The notes: generated by a model from the sequence alone, not told the origin. Shown: positions 34,534 to 47,596, counted from the stretch's first letter. The stretch: 64,000 nucleotides of DNA from Squalus acanthias (GCA_030390025.1 CM059432.1:3038001-3102000), one strand, 5' to 3'. Translations and numbers: made by a program.

Positions 34534-35985
34534 AAAATTCCATAGATTCTAGAATAGTTCCCGCGGATTGGAAGGTAGCAAATGTAACCCCACTATTTAA
34601 GAAAGGACGGGAGAGAGAAAACGGGGAACTACAGACCAGTTAGCCTGACATCAGTAGTAGGGAAAATGGTAGAATCTATTATTAAGGATGTGCTAACAGG
34701 GCACTTAAGAAATAATAATAGGATTGGGCAGTCCAACAGGGATTTATGAAAGAATTGTAACTACCAGAAGAGATAAGGGGGAACCAGTGGATGTGGTGTA
34801 TTTGGATTTTCAGAAGGCATTCGATAAGGTGCCACACAAGAGGTTATTAAACAAAATTAGGGCTCATGGGATTGGGGGTTATATACTAGCATGGATTGAG
34901 GATTGGTTAACGGACAGAAAACAGAGAGTAGGAATAAAGGGGTCATTTTCGGGTTGGCAGGCTGTAACTAGTGTGGGATCAGTGCTTGGGCCTCAGCTAT
35001 TCACAATCTACATCAATGATTTGGATGAGGTGACCAAATGTAATATATCCAAGTTTGCTGATGATACAAAGCTGGGTGAGAATGTAAGTTGTGAGGAGGA
35101 TGCAAGGAGGCTTCAAGGGGATATAGACAGGCTAAGTGAGTGGGCAAGAACATGGCAAATGGAATATAATGTGGAGAAATGTGAAGTTATCAAGTTTGGC
35201 AGGAAAAATAGAAAAGCAGAGTATTTTTTAAATGGAGAGAGATTGGGAAATGTTGGTGTTCAGAGGGACCTGAGTGTCCTTGTACACGAATCACTGAAAG
35301 TTAATATGCAGCTACAGCAAGCAATTAGGAAAGCAAATGGTATGTTGGCCTTTATTACAAGAGGATTTGAGTATAAGAGTAAAGATGTCTTACTGCAATT
35401 ATATAGGGCCCTGGTGAGACCACACCTGGAGTATTGTGTACAGTTTTGGTCTCCTTACCTAAGGAAGGATATACTTGCCTTAGAGGGAGTGCAACGAAGG
35501 TTCACCAGACTGGTTCCTGGGATGGGGGGATTGTCCTATGAGGACAGATTGAGTAGACTAGGCCTATGTTCTCTAGAGTTTAGAAGAATGAGAGGTGATC
35601 TCATTGAAACATACAAAATTCTTACAGGGCTTGACAGGGTAGATGCAGGGAGGATGTTTCCCCTGGCTGGGGAGTCTAGAACCAGGGGTCACAGTCTCAG
35701 AATAAGGGGCCGGCCATTTAAGACTGAGATGAGGAGAAATTTCTTCACTCAGAGGGTGGTGAATCTTTGGAATTCTCTACCCCAGAGGGCTGTGGAGGCT
35801 CAGTCATTGAGTATATTCAAGACAGTGATCAATAGATTTCTGAATATTAAGGGAATCAAGGGATATGGGGATAGTGCAGGAAAGTGGAGTTGAGGTCGAA
35901 GATCAGCCAGGATCTTATTGAATGGCAGAGCAGGCTCAAGGGGCCGTATGGCCGACTCCTGCTCCTAATTCTTATGTTCTTATGA
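34534..35985 (+). mobile_element. 5'-truncated CR1 LINE (RT region, internal deletions)
   Basis: 389-aa ORF 34724-35893 with YLDFQKAFDKVPH and FADD; 3' UTR and tail. Confidence 0.95.
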
Positions 35986-36159
35986 TAACAACAAACTATT
36001 AGAAGAACAGTGGGCGTTTTTTCTTTAAAAAGGGGAGGTACAGTGTGTTAAAAGTGTAGATACCAAGGGAACGTTTCGCTTTAATTGCCACAAGTGGAAA
36101 AGTTAGGCGAGGGTTAGGGTTACAGAACCAAGGTGGGTCGGTGGAGTTTAAAAAAAATA

Positions 36160-36558
36160 ATTCCTGGGATGTGGGCGTCGCTGGCAAGGCCAGCATTTAT
36201 TGCCCATCCCTAATTGCCCTTGAGAAGGTGGTGGTGAGCCGCCGCCTTGAACCGCTGCAGTCCGTGTGGTGAAGGTGCTCCCACAGTGCTGTTAGGGAGG
36301 GAGTTCCAGGATTTTGACCCAGTGACGATGAAGGAAAGGCCGATATATTTCCAAGTCAGGGTGGTGTGTGACTTGGAGGGGAACTTGGAGGTGGTGGTGT
36401 TCCCATGCGTCTACTGCCCTTGTCCTTCTAGGTGGAAGAGGTCGCGGGTTTGGGAGGTGCTGCCGAAGAAGCCTTGGCGAGTTGCTGCAGTGCATCTTGT
36501 AGATGGTACACACTGCAGCCACGGTGCGCCGGTGGTGGAGGGAGTGAATGTTTAAGGT
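36160..36558 (-). mobile_element. 3' fragment of a second LINE family; other copies at ~43648-43898 (-), ~49100-49450 (-), ~56652-56985 (-), ~59538-59770 (+)
   Basis: Repeated GGGATGTGGGCGTCGCTGGCAAGGCC... terminus; translation VCTIYKMHCSNSPRLLRQHLPNPRPL...SFIVAGSKSWNSLP in several copies. Confidence 0.8.
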
Positions 36559-36907
36559 TAAGATACAGATCAGCCATGATCTAATTGAATGGCGGAACAG
36601 GCTTGAGCAGCTGAATGGCCTCCTCCTCTTCCTATGACTGTTACAACTTAGGAAGTTATTTCCATATTTCTACACTTACAAGACTGTCTGACAGAACCAC
36701 CGAATGCGAAAAAAGTGAAAAGGAAATTAAGCAGAATTTTCTGACACCTTGAATGCACTTAATGGCTTATTGGGAAACCCTCAATGGGTTCCTCGCGATT
36801 TTTCTGCCCATGTTCATATCGGTGCAGCCACATTTTTCCAATAATCCACCGACTGTGGGTGAGACACCGCCAGTGGTGCAGGGTCTCAGAAACCTCACTC
36901 AATGTTT

Positions 36908-37447
36908 AAACAACAACAACAACACCAACTTACATTTATATAGCGTATTTAACATAGCAAATCGTTCCAAGGTACTTAACAAGAGCGATATCAATATTAG
37001 GACAGGTGACCAAAAGCTTGGTCAAAGAGGTCGGTTTTAAGGAGCGTCTTAAAAGGAGGAGAGAGAGGCGGAGAGGTTTAGGGAGGGAATTCCAGAGCTT
37101 GGGGCCCAGGCAGCTGAAGGCACGGCCGCCAATGGTGGAGCGATGGAAATCGGGGATGCGCAAGAGGCGTGAGTTGGAGGAGCGCAGAGATCTCAGGGGG
37201 TTGTGGGGCTGGAGGAGGTTACAGAGATAGGGAGGGGCGAGGGCCATGGAGGGATTTGAAAACAAGGATGAGAATTTTAAAATCGAGGCGTTGCTGGACC
37301 GGGAGCCAATGTAGGTCAGCGAGCACAGGGGTGGGGGGGGTGGTGATGGGTGAACGGGACTTGGTGCGAGTTAGGACACGGGGGGCCAGCGTTCTGGATG
37401 AGCTCCAGTTTATGTAGGGTGGAAGATGGGAGGCCGGCCAGGAGAGC
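36908..37447 (-). mobile_element. L2 3' fragment
   Basis: LAGLPSSTLHKLELIQN...LADLHWLPVQQRLDFKILILVFKSLHG. Confidence 0.88.
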
Positions 37448-37649
37448 ACAGAGAGCAGACACAAAGGCTGACCCCGAATATCGGAGAGTTGGGTTATGTG
37501 GAAAGACTGAAGAAACTCGGAGCGAGTCAGGAAGCTCACAGCCTTCAAGCCCCACCAGGTGGGCAGGATCACAGGCCAATCAGAAAGCTAGCCCGAGTTC
37601 CTGTTGATTAAATTAAATTAAACAGAGAATCAGGCAGGCTGAATTACTT

Positions 37650-39620
37650 TCGGCTGAGATGTTAAACCGAGGCCCGTCTGCCCTCTCCGGTGGACGTAAA
37701 AAAATCCAAAGAGCAGCAGGGGAGTTCTCCCCGGTGTCCCGGCCAATATTTATCCCTCAATCAACATCACTAAAAACAGATGATCCGGTCATCGTCACAT
37801 TGCTGTTTGTGGGAGCTTGCTGTGCGCAAATTGGCTGCCGCGTTTCCTACATTACAACAGTGACTACACTTCAAAAGTACTTCATTGGCTGTAAAGCACT
37901 TTGGGACGCCCGGAGGGTGTGAAAGACGCTGGAGAAATGTAAGTTCGTTCTTTCCTCCCCGCCCCACCACCTTTTCTAGACTTCCCCACCCAGATTTCCT
38001 TTTACACACCTGTACACATGCGACCCACTCTGCCCAGACGTAAAGACTGGAAACTCTGCCTCAGACTCTTCACCTGGTGCCTTTCCCCCCCCTCACCTTT
38101 CTTGAAATCTATTGAACGTGGGCACTTGAACTCTCGTCACAGCGCTATTTGTTCAAGAAATTCAGCACGGAAAGGGTTAACCACTCTCGGGTTGCTACCT
38201 ACAACTCTGCATTGCCTATTTTAGGAATAATGTTACTCATATTTTTTTTGAACATTATCTTGCTCCTTCATTGATTTTTTTTTTCTTTTGAAAAACTAAA
38301 TCAAAGTGCAGCAGCCCGCTGTGAGGAACTCAAATTTCCTAAAAAACCCAGCAGTGGATATCTTGGACTGAGTCCCAGCAAAAACAATTGATGCAGAGTT
38401 GATTCATTCCTTTCAAAAGAATAGCTAAATATCTAATTAAAAAAGAAAAAAAAAGGGGGTCAAGGCAGCAAGGATAAATCTAGAAATGATCAAAATACTC
38501 CATGGATGATTATGGCAGTGCGGAGGATGCTGGAATTTTAACTTTTCAGTTTTTTAATGATTTTTTAATAAGGAAGTTATAAAACAACGGCGACACACAT
38601 GAGGAAGGCCAGGAGAGGAGGTCCCTCATTGTGTTTCTATTGAGCAAAATACCCCAATTGCAAGGTTTAGTTTTTTTTTTAAAGAGCGCACAGGAGAAGC
38701 GTGCAGGAAGATGTTGGGGAAAATGAGCAATTAAGAGCGGAGGCCCCCCGTTACAATGAACCTGTTAGTAATGCCTGCCTAGTTGCAGTAATTATTGGCA
38801 TTCTTGGCATAAAGGATCAAGAGTGACTGGAAGGAACGGCTGAAATCCAATTTAAAACGCCTCCAATTTACAACCGCGTAGCGGCACAGTGGGTCGCACT
38901 CTCGCCTGAGTCAGAAGGTTGTGGGTTCAAGTCCCACTCCAGAGACTTGAGAACAAAAATCTAGGTTGACACTCCCAGTGCCAATGCTGAGGGAGTGCCG
39001 CACTGTCGGAGGTGCCGTTAAACCGAGGTCCTATCTGCTCTCTCGGGTGGACGTAAAAGATCCCACAGCCACTATTTCAAAGAAGAGCAGGGGAGTTCTC
39101 CCCCGGTGTCCTGGGGCCAATATTTATCCCTCAATCAACAAATCAAACAGATTATCTCATCGTTACCACATTGCTGTCTGTGGGATCTTGCTGTGTGCAA
39201 ATTGACTGCCGCGTTTCCTCAGAAGTATTTAATTGGCTCTAAAAGCGTTTTGGCATGGCCGGAGGTTGCTGAAAGGCGCTGTATAAATGCAAGGATTTGA
39301 TGGGGTAGATAGAGAGAAGTTATTTCCTCTCGTGAGAGGAGTCCAGAACAAGGGGGCGTAACCTTAAAATTAGAGCCAGGTCAGGAAGCACTTCTCCACA
39401 CAAAGGGTGGTGGAAATCTGGAACACTCTCTCCCCCCAAAAAGCTGTTGAGGCTGGGGGGTCAATGTCAAAACCGAGATGGACAGATTTTTTTGTTAGGC
39501 AAGAGTATTAAGGGTTACGGAACCAAGGTGGGTGGATGGAGTCAAGATACAGATCAGCCATGATCTGATTGAATGGCGGAACAGGCTCGAGGGGCTGAAT
39601 GGCCTCCTCCGGTTCCTAGA
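37650..39620 (+). mobile_element. DeuSINE copies (~37650-37950, ~38880-39295) and CR1 tail (~39290-39620), separated by unique sequence ~38000-38880
   Basis: Match to the SINE and CR1 sequences seen elsewhere in the window. Confidence 0.75.
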
Positions 39621-39952
39621 AGATCAGGAGATCAGTATCACTCCACAAAATTTTATTAGCTCTCAAAAAAATGACACATATCCGAAAAAGGTGACGAGCA
39701 GAGTGAGGACAGTAGTTACTGAGATCAACTATAAGGGATTAATACAGTCACAGATCGTCAACGGAAGTGCAGTTTGCCGGCATCTTGTACAATCGCTCTG
39801 GGAGAGTTCACAACCTTGAGCATCGAGTAACTCCTGGGAAATGAAAATCAACTGGAATTGCACACGGCATCAAAGAGTATTATTTTGGAGGCAACGATAG
39901 ACTTGGAACAGGATTGCCGATTGCGGAACTGGGAGGCTCTGCCCTTGAGCAG

Positions 39953-39966
39953 CCACCAGATGGCGT
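39953..39966 (+). promoter_or_regulatory. Candidate CTCF-binding motif
   Basis: CCACCAGATGGCGT matches 13 of 14 positions of CCASYAGRKGGCRS, in unique sequence. Confidence 0.4.
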
Positions 39967-40099
39967 GAGAGAGGAGTCTCGGGCGACTCACCGTCAAAGG
40001 TTCCCCATTCAGCCCGGCATCTGCTCAGACCAGCCTACAAAGTATTTACAACACAGGAACAGGCCATTCAGCCCAACGGGTCTATGCCGATGTTTATGA

Positions 40100-40965
40100 A
40101 AAGACCACCTGCATTTCTACAGCGCCTTTCACGACCACCGGACGTCCCAAACCGCTTTACAGCCAATGAAGTGCTTTTTGAAGTGTAGTCACTGTTGTAA
40201 TGTAGGAAACGCGGCAGCCAATTTACGCACAGCAAGCTCCCACGAACAGCAATGTGATAATGACCAGATCATCTGTTTTAGTGATGTCGGTTGAGGGAAA
40301 AATATTGGCCAGGACACCGGGGAGAACTCCCCTGCTCTTCTTCGAAATAGTGGCCATGGGATCTTTTACGTCCACCCGAGAGAGCAGACGGGGCCTCGGT
40401 TTAACGTCTCGTCCGAAAGGCGGCACCTCCGACAGTGCGGCACTCCCTCAGTACTGCCCCTCCGACAGTGCGGCGCTCCCTCAGTACTGCCCCTCCGACA
40501 GTGCGGCGCTCCCTCAGTACTGCCCCTCCGACAGTGCGGCGCTCCCTCAGTACTGCACCTCCGACAGTGCGGCGCTCCCTCAGTACTGCACCTCCGACAG
40601 TGCGGCGCTCCCTCAGTACTGCCCCTCCGACAGTGCGGCGCTCCCTCAGTACTGCCCCTCCGACAGTGCGGCGCTCCCTCAGTACTGCACCTCCGACAGT
40701 GCGGCGCTCCCTCAGTACTGCCCCTCCGACAGTGCGGCGCTCCCTCAGTACTGCCCCTCCGACAGTGCGGCGCTCCCTCAGTACTGCACCTCCGACAGTG
40801 CGGCGCTCCCTCAGTACTGCACCTCCGACAGTGCGGCGCTCCCTCAGCACTGCACTGGGAGTGTCAGCCTAGATTTTTGTGCTCAAGTCTCTGGAGTGGG
40901 ACTTGAACCCACAACCTTCTGACTCAGGAAGCGAGAGTGCGGCCCACTGAGCCACTGGCTGACAC
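40100..40965 (-). mobile_element. Full-length DeuSINE containing an internal minisatellite
   Basis: Tail at ~40100 and tRNA head at ~40880-40965 flank the array. Confidence 0.9.
40426..40855. repeat. 33-bp minisatellite, 13 units (CCTCCGACAGTGCGGCGCTCCCTCAGTACTGC(C/A))
   Basis: 13 copies of SDSAALPQ(Y/H)C(P/T) in the ORF track; the unit equals the SINE internal segment. Confidence 0.97.
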
Positions 40966-41478
40966 TTATGCTCCACACGAGCCTCCTCCCACCCCTCTTC
41001 ATCTCACCCCATCAACATATCCTTCTATTCCTTTCTCCCCCTTAAATCCATCTATACTATTTGCTTCAACCACTCCCTGTGGTAGCGAGTTCCACATTCT
41101 CACCACTCTCTGGGTAAAAAAGTTTCTCCTTAATTCCCTATTGGAATTATCGGTGACTATCTTATATTTATAGGCCTAGCTCTTGTCTCGCCCACAAGTG
41201 GAAACATCTTCTCTGTTTCTACCCTATCAAACCCTTTCATAATTTTAAAGACCTCGATCAGGTCACTCCTCAGCCTTCTCTGTTCTAGAGAAAAGAGCCC
41301 CAGCCTGTTCAGTCTTTCCTAATAGTTATAAACGCTCAGTTCTGGTATCATTCTAGTAAATCTTGTTTTTGCACCTTCTCCAAGTGCCTCTATATCCTTT
41401 TTCTAATATGGAAACCAGAAATGTTCACAGTACTCCAAGTGCGGTCTAACCAGGGTTCTATGCAAGTTGAACATAACC
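40966..41478 (-). mobile_element. CR1 3' fragment
   Basis: Same subfamily as 14803-15400 and 47765-48300. Confidence 0.85.
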
Positions 41479-41764
41479 AACCCCTGATGTCACATTACAA
41501 GCACCTCCGATTCTCAAGCACTTATCACCTTAATCCATCGCAGCTGGTTTATAATTAATTGGACCTTTCGCTGCAGTTTGATGTCTGTTCCCTTCTCCAG
41601 CTTTCTCCCGTGTGTGCCCCTGAAGATGTCGACTCTCGCTGGGGTATGGTTCCACAGGCAGGGACTATATCCCCTGCTACATCCCACAGGGGGGCTAGTC
41701 TTCATCGGTCAGCTCGGACTGGGAGTGTCGACGGGCTAATTAACCACGGAGGGCAGCGGCAGCA

Positions 41765-43340
41765 GCAACAACTTGCATTTCTATAGCGCCTTTAACGCAG
41801 CAAAACGTCCCGAGGCGCCTCACAGGAGCGATTACCAACAAAATGTGACACCGAGCCACATATTAGGACAGGTTGGTCAAAGAGGGAGGTTTTAAGGAGC
41901 GTCTTAAAAGGAGGAGGTAGAGAGGCGGAGAGGTTTAGAGAGGGTATTGCAGAGCTTAGAGTTTATCTCTATCCCTATATCTCTGTAACCTCCTCCAGCC
42001 CCACAACCCTCCGAGATCTCTGCGCTCCTCCAATTCTGGCCTCTTGCGCATCCCCGATTTCCTTCGCTCCACCATTGGCGGCCGTGCCTTCAGCTGCCTG
42101 GGCCCTAGCTCTGGAATTCCCTCACTAAACCGCTCCGCCTCTCTCTCCTCCTTTAAGACGCTCCTTACAACCAACCTCTTTGACCAAGCTTTTGGTCACC
42201 TGTCCTAATATCTCCTTATGTGGCTCGGCGTCAAATTTTGTTTGCTAATCGCTCCTGTGAATGTTTTACTACGTTAAAGGCGCTATATAAATACAAGTTG
42301 TTGCTGTGCCCCTTCACAGTTTATACTTCGGTCGTGCAGTACTCTCATTCTCATTAGATGTTACCGTCAAAGGAATGAAACAAACATCATGTTTCATTAT
42401 TGTCCTTGAGCAGTTCCTTGCTGACAGCATTAAAAAAAAAATTTCCAAGTCATAATTATTTTAGTATCTGTCTCGTGATCTTCAAGCACAAAAGACTCCC
42501 AGAGGCAGCAACAGAGAGTAAACACAAGGCCCGAGTTTGGGTGTACACAAATGGATTTTCCTCTCTGTGCCAGTCTTGGTTGGAATATTCCACAGGGATG
42601 ACCTTGCCAGTGTACATCAGTATACTTCCACTTGCCTTGTTTGTTCCTGCGTGTGTTCAAACCCCATGACTCGTCACACCCTCGAGCGCCCTCAATTTAC
42701 ATAAAGAAAAAAGACTTACATTTCTACAGCGCCTTTCACGACCTCAGGACATCCCAAAGCGCTTTACAGCCAATGAAGTACTTTTGAAGCAGTCACTGTT
42801 GTAATGTAGGAAACGCAGCAGCCAATTTGCACACAGCAAGCTCCCACAAACAGCAATGTGATAATGACCAGATCATCTGTTTTTAGTGACGTTGATTGAG
42901 GGATAAATGTTGGCCCCAGGACACCGGGGAGAACTCCCCTGCTCTTCTTTGAAAGTGGTCATGGGATCTTTTACGTCCACCTGAGAGAGGGAGTTCCAGA
43001 GCTTGGAAGGCACGGCCGCCAATGGTGGAGTGAAGCAAGAGGCCAGAATTGGAGGAGCGCCGAGATCTCGGAGGGTTGCGGGGCTGGAGGAAGATTACAG
43101 AGATAGGGAGGGGGCGAGGGCCACGGAGGGATTTGAAAAGAATTGAGAATTTTTTTAATTGAGGCGTTGCCGGACCGGGAGCCAATGTAGCTCAGTGAGC
43201 ACAGGGGGTGATGGGTGAAGGGACTCGGTGCGAGTTAGGCCACGGGCAGCAAAGTTTTGGATGAGCACAAGTTTACGGAGGGTGCAAGGTGGGAGGCCAG
43301 CCAGGAGAGCGTTGGAATAGTCGAGTCCAGAGGTCATAAA
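41765..43340. mobile_element. L2 fragments (minus ~41765-41960, plus ~41975-42305, minus ~42990-43340) and DeuSINE (minus ~42710-42990)
   Basis: Match to the L2 and SINE sequences seen elsewhere in the window. Confidence 0.8.
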
Positions 43341-44295
43341 GGCACTTTGACTGGAGGTCGCTGGATAGCAGTGAGGAACAGGACTTCTAACCGAGTCTTT
43401 GCCTCGCTTGTCCAGAGAAACTAAGGCTCCTCTGTTGCTGCTCAAGCTGAGGTCTGTCAGCTCAACACACACCTGGGGCCTGTTTGGTCACCATGGCCCA
43501 GTTACTCCCTGCATTCATCAGTTCTATTGCCAGGGAAGATTTCAAACCATTATTTTAGCGTCAACTATACCAACCTGTCACGAAGACTAAATTAACTTTT
43601 CACTAAAGTTAAGTTTAAAAAAAAAATAAGATCCTTTGATTCTATACGTTCCTGGGATGTAGGCGTCGCTGGCAAGGCCAGCGTTTATTGCCCATTCCTT
43701 ATTGCCCTTGAGAAGGTGGTGGTGAGCCGCCTTCTTGAACCGCTGCAGTCCGTGTGGTGAGGGTTCTCCCACAGTGCTGTTAGGGAGGGAGTTCCAGGAT
43801 TTTGACCCAGCGACGATGAAGGAACGGCCGATATATTTCCAAGTCAGGATGGTGTGTGACCTGGAGGTGGTGGTGTTCCCGTGCACCTGCTGCCCTGGTC
43901 AGCTTTGACAGCCAAAGGATGACTTTCGTGGCATTTATTGCAGCATTGTATCGGATTGAATCTGGCATAAATTACACTTTCAGGATTTGCCCTCATAGGG
44001 CACCCTGACATTTTTATTCAGTCCCCGACAGTCACTTGGCACAAGCTCGCAAAGCACAGTCTGGTCTTTCAATGTTTAAACAGTCCAGAATTAAAACAGA
44101 CAGCTGACGGGCTCCACCTAAGAGGAAAGATTTATGGGACGTGTTCTTAACCTCAACCAGGGATGAGGGACTTCAGTTACGTGGAGAGACAGGAGAAGCT
44201 GGGATTGTCCTCCTTGGAGCAGAGAAGATTAAGAGGAGATTTAATTGAGAGAGCAGACGAGGCCTCGGTTTAACACCTCATCCGAAAGACGGCAC

Positions 44296-45035
44296 CTCCG
44301 ACAGTGCGGCGCTCCCTCGGTACTGCCCCTCCGACAGTGCGGCGCTCCCTCAGTACCGCCCCTCCGACAGTGCGGCGCTCCCTCAGTACTGCCCCTCCGA
44401 CAGTGCGGCGCTCCCTCAGTACTGCCCCTCCGACAGTGCGGCGCTCCCTCAGTACTGCCCCTCCGACAGTGCGGCGCTCCCTCAGTACTGCCCCTCCGAC
44501 AGTGCGGCGCTCCCTCAGTACTGCCCCTCCGACAGTGCGGCGCTCCCTCAGTAATGCCCCTCCGACAGTGCGGCACTCCCTCAGTACTGCCCCTCCGACA
44601 GTGCGGCACTCCCTCAGTACTGCCCCTCCGACAGTGCGGCACTCCCTCAGTACTGCCCCTCCGACAGTGCGGCGCTCCCTCAGTACTGCCCCTCCGACAG
44701 TGTGGCGCTCCCTCAGTACTGCCCCTCCGACAGTGCGGCGATCCCTCAGTACTGCCCCTCCGACAGTGCAGGCCCTGCCTCAGTACTGCCCCTCCGACAG
44801 TGCGGCGCTCCCTCAGTGCTGCCCCTCCGACAGTGCGGCGCTCCCTCAGTACTGCCCTCCGACAGTGCCGCGCTCCCTCAGTACTGCCCCTCCGACAGTG
44901 CGGCGCTCCCTCAGTGCTGCCCCTCCGACAGTGCAGCACTCCCTCAGTACTGCCCCTCCGACAGTGCGGCGCTCCCTCAGTGCTGCCCCTCCGACAGTGC
45001 AGCACTCCCTCAGTGCTGCCCCTCCGACAGTGCTG
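44296..45035. repeat. 33-bp minisatellite, ~22 units, inside a minus-strand DeuSINE 5' portion (~44246-45148)
   Basis: Same unit as 40426-40855 with more variants and small indels; SINE head follows at ~45040-45148. Confidence 0.97.
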
Positions 45036-45449
45036 CATTGGGAGCATCAGCCTGGATTTTGTGCTCAAGACTCTGGAGTGGGACTTGAACCCACGACCTT
45101 CTGACTCAGAGGAGAGGGGTGCTGCCCACTGAGCCACGGCCGACACCTCAAGTATAGGGGGTTTGAATTTCCATGATCATTGGCTGGAACCTCGGCGTAA
45201 ACTCCGGAGAAATTATGCCATGTCTCTGGACTTCCCGCCAAAGTTACAGCGGACAATCGGGAGAACTCATGTGGTAACTGCTCAATAATTTCTACCACAA
45301 ACCACTTCCTCCTCTACAACCTCCAGGCTTTTAAAACCAAAGTTTCCATCCAAGTGCTGATCACCTCTTCCTGATTTATTTATCTTCTCTTCTACTCTTT
45401 TCAACCTCATCAGTGTCGTGCACTATGAGCTTTGACCCTTGAACTTGGC

Positions 45450-46520
45450 TGTTAAAAAGGAATACGGGATCCTTGGCTTTATAAATTGAGGCATAGGGTA
45501 CAAAAGCAAGGAGGTTATGCTAACCCTTTATAAAACAGTGGTTAGGCCCCAGCTGGTATACTGTGGCCGATTCTGGGCACCACACTTTAGGAAGGATGTC
45601 AAGGCCTTGGAGAGGGTGCGGAGGAGATTTACTGGAATGGTTCCAGGGAGGAGGGACTTTGTTATGAGGAGAGACTGGAGAAGCTGGGATTGTTCTCCTT
45701 AGAGCAGAGAAGGTCAAGAGAAGATTTGATAGAGGTGTTTAAAATCATGAAGGGTTTTGATAGAGTAGATGGGGAGAATCTGTTTCCAGAGGTCGAAGGA
45801 CACAGATTTAAGATAATTGGCAAAAGAACCAGAGGCGAAATGAGGAGACATTTTTTCCCCCACACAGCAAGTTGCGATGATCTGGATTGCTCTGCCTGAA
45901 AGGGTGGTGGAAGCAGATTCAATATTAACTTAAAGGGAATTGGATAAATACTTGAAACAGGAAATGTGCAGGGCTATGGGGGAAAGAGCAGGGGGAGCGG
46001 GACTAATTGGAGAGCTCTTTCAAAGAGCCGGCACAGGCACAATTATACACAAAAAAGCTGGGTAAAAAGTATTGAATTTGCCAAACCTGGCTCACTGGGT
46101 CGCACTCTTGCCTCTCTGAGTCAGATGGTCGTGGGATCACTGTAGAGACTCGAGCACAAACTCTAGGCTGACCACTTCCAGTGCAGTACTGAGGGAGAGA
46201 GTTGCCGTCTTTCAGATGAGACGGTAATACAAGGCCCTGTCTGCCCTCTCAGGTGGGCGTGAAAGGTCCCACGGCCACTAGTCAAAGGAGAACAGAGGGA
46301 CATCTCCCCGGTGTCCTGGCCAACAGTTTTCCCTCAACCAACAACACTAAAACAGATGATCTGGCCATTTGTCTCAATTTGCCATTTGTAGGACCTTGCG
46401 GAGAAGAGGATGTCTGCTATATTTTCTACATCGCAACAGTGACTACATTTCAAAAGTTGTTCATTGGCTACGAAGGGCTTTGGGACGTCCCGAAGTCATG
46501 AAAAGTGCAATATTTTTGCA
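45450..46520 (+). mobile_element. CR1 3' fragment (~45450-46040) and older diverged DeuSINE (~46088-46520)
   Basis: LYKTVVRPQLVYCGRFWAPHFRKDVKALERV; degenerate SINE head, core and tail. Confidence 0.8.
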
Positions 46521-46792
46521 AACACCTTTTCCCTTTCTTAAACGTTATACAATGGATGAAATCAGCTACAGGTCTCATGCAGAGCACTGCGAAAAGCAGA
46601 TTCTTAAAATATTTAGTTTTTAATATTAGTTATACTAAGATTATCGAGAAGTAGATTCAATGCAAAGCTCATGGTGGACCTGTCTATTGGCCACTTGCAT
46701 TTATCTGTGGTACACCATTATTTAATGATCTGCTCACATAAACTCCATTTCGAATTAATTGAATGCGAGTGGGTAAAAGACTTTAAGACATA

Positions 46793-47593
46793 GGGCGCGA
46801 TCTTGCCAGCCCTGGTGAGGAGGGACTGCCGGGAAAATGGCAGAATCTGGGGGCGGGTGCCCATCCCGCCCTCAACCCGCCTCAGTGCCATCTTCCCAGG
46901 AGGCGGGTAGCCGACCCGCGCCGGGTCCCGTCTCCTGGAGGCGGGAAGGGGATTACTGCCTGTTAACAGGCAGTTAAGAGGATTATCCCCATTTTTCCAG
47001 CTGAGGCGCGGGCTTCCCGACGTCGGGAATCCACACCAGGGTCACCGAGGCGAGCAGTGGGTCTGCGGGGGTCGGAGGGGTGCCAAAGGTGCGCTGTGGA
47101 GGTGAGTGATGGGTGCAAGTGTGGAGAGGTAAGTATGTGAGGTGAGTGGAAAGTGATAGAAAATGTTTACTTACCTTTGTTTCTTCCTGTAGGCTTCAAC
47201 AGTTGGGGATGCGGAGACTCTCGCATCTCACCGGCAGAGATGACAGATGGCTGCTGCATTCTCCGATGCAACATCCATCTAATTTCTGCTAAAGAAAGAG
47301 GTTTGATGAGTCTTGAATACAAGGACTCATCAAACAACAGAGAATGTCAGTGTTTGACAGCTTCACAGAGCTGTCAAACGATGACAATTCATCTGTCAAA
47401 AATTTTTGACAGATGAAACGTCATACGCTGACGTTCTCTGTAACCGGCTTCCCCTTAATTGGCCTGCTATGCCCGCTGGGCGGGCTTAACAAGGTCAATC
47501 AAGGGAAAATAGCGTGGGTTGGCCAGAAGTCGATGGAGGCGGGACTAAAACCCGACAAGCAGCAGTCCCGCCCCCATTGACAAAATCGCCCCC
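46793..47593. mobile_element. Harbinger-type MITE (801 bp), TSD ATA
   Basis: Left GGGCGCGATCTTG versus right reverse complement GGGGGCGATTTTG; ATA at 46790-46792 and 47594-47596; subterminal GGCGGG/CCCGCC repeats. Confidence 0.75.
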
Positions 47594-47596
47594 ATA

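Noticed and set aside
36101..36123. TTAGGG-like telomeric motif
   Set aside because: Only about two imperfect units; not an interstitial telomeric array.
37551..37566. CTCF-like CCACCAGGTGGGCAG
   Set aside because: An extra G breaks the core spacing; weaker than the two motifs reported.
39985..40045. Possible 43-nt minus-strand exon (TTTGTAG ... GTGAGT; AGLSRCRAEWGTFD)
   Set aside because: Acceptor region abuts a CR1 tail and the peptide is unrecognised; chance occurrence is plausible.
40426..45035. Regular ~33-bp repeats as a possible CRISPR array
   Set aside because: Units are head-to-tail with no unique spacers, there are no cas genes, and the context is vertebrate.
44241..45146. Long repetitive ORFs on both strands (266-301 aa; also 40254-40922)
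   Set aside because: By-product of a 33-bp minisatellite inside a SINE; no evidence of a gene.
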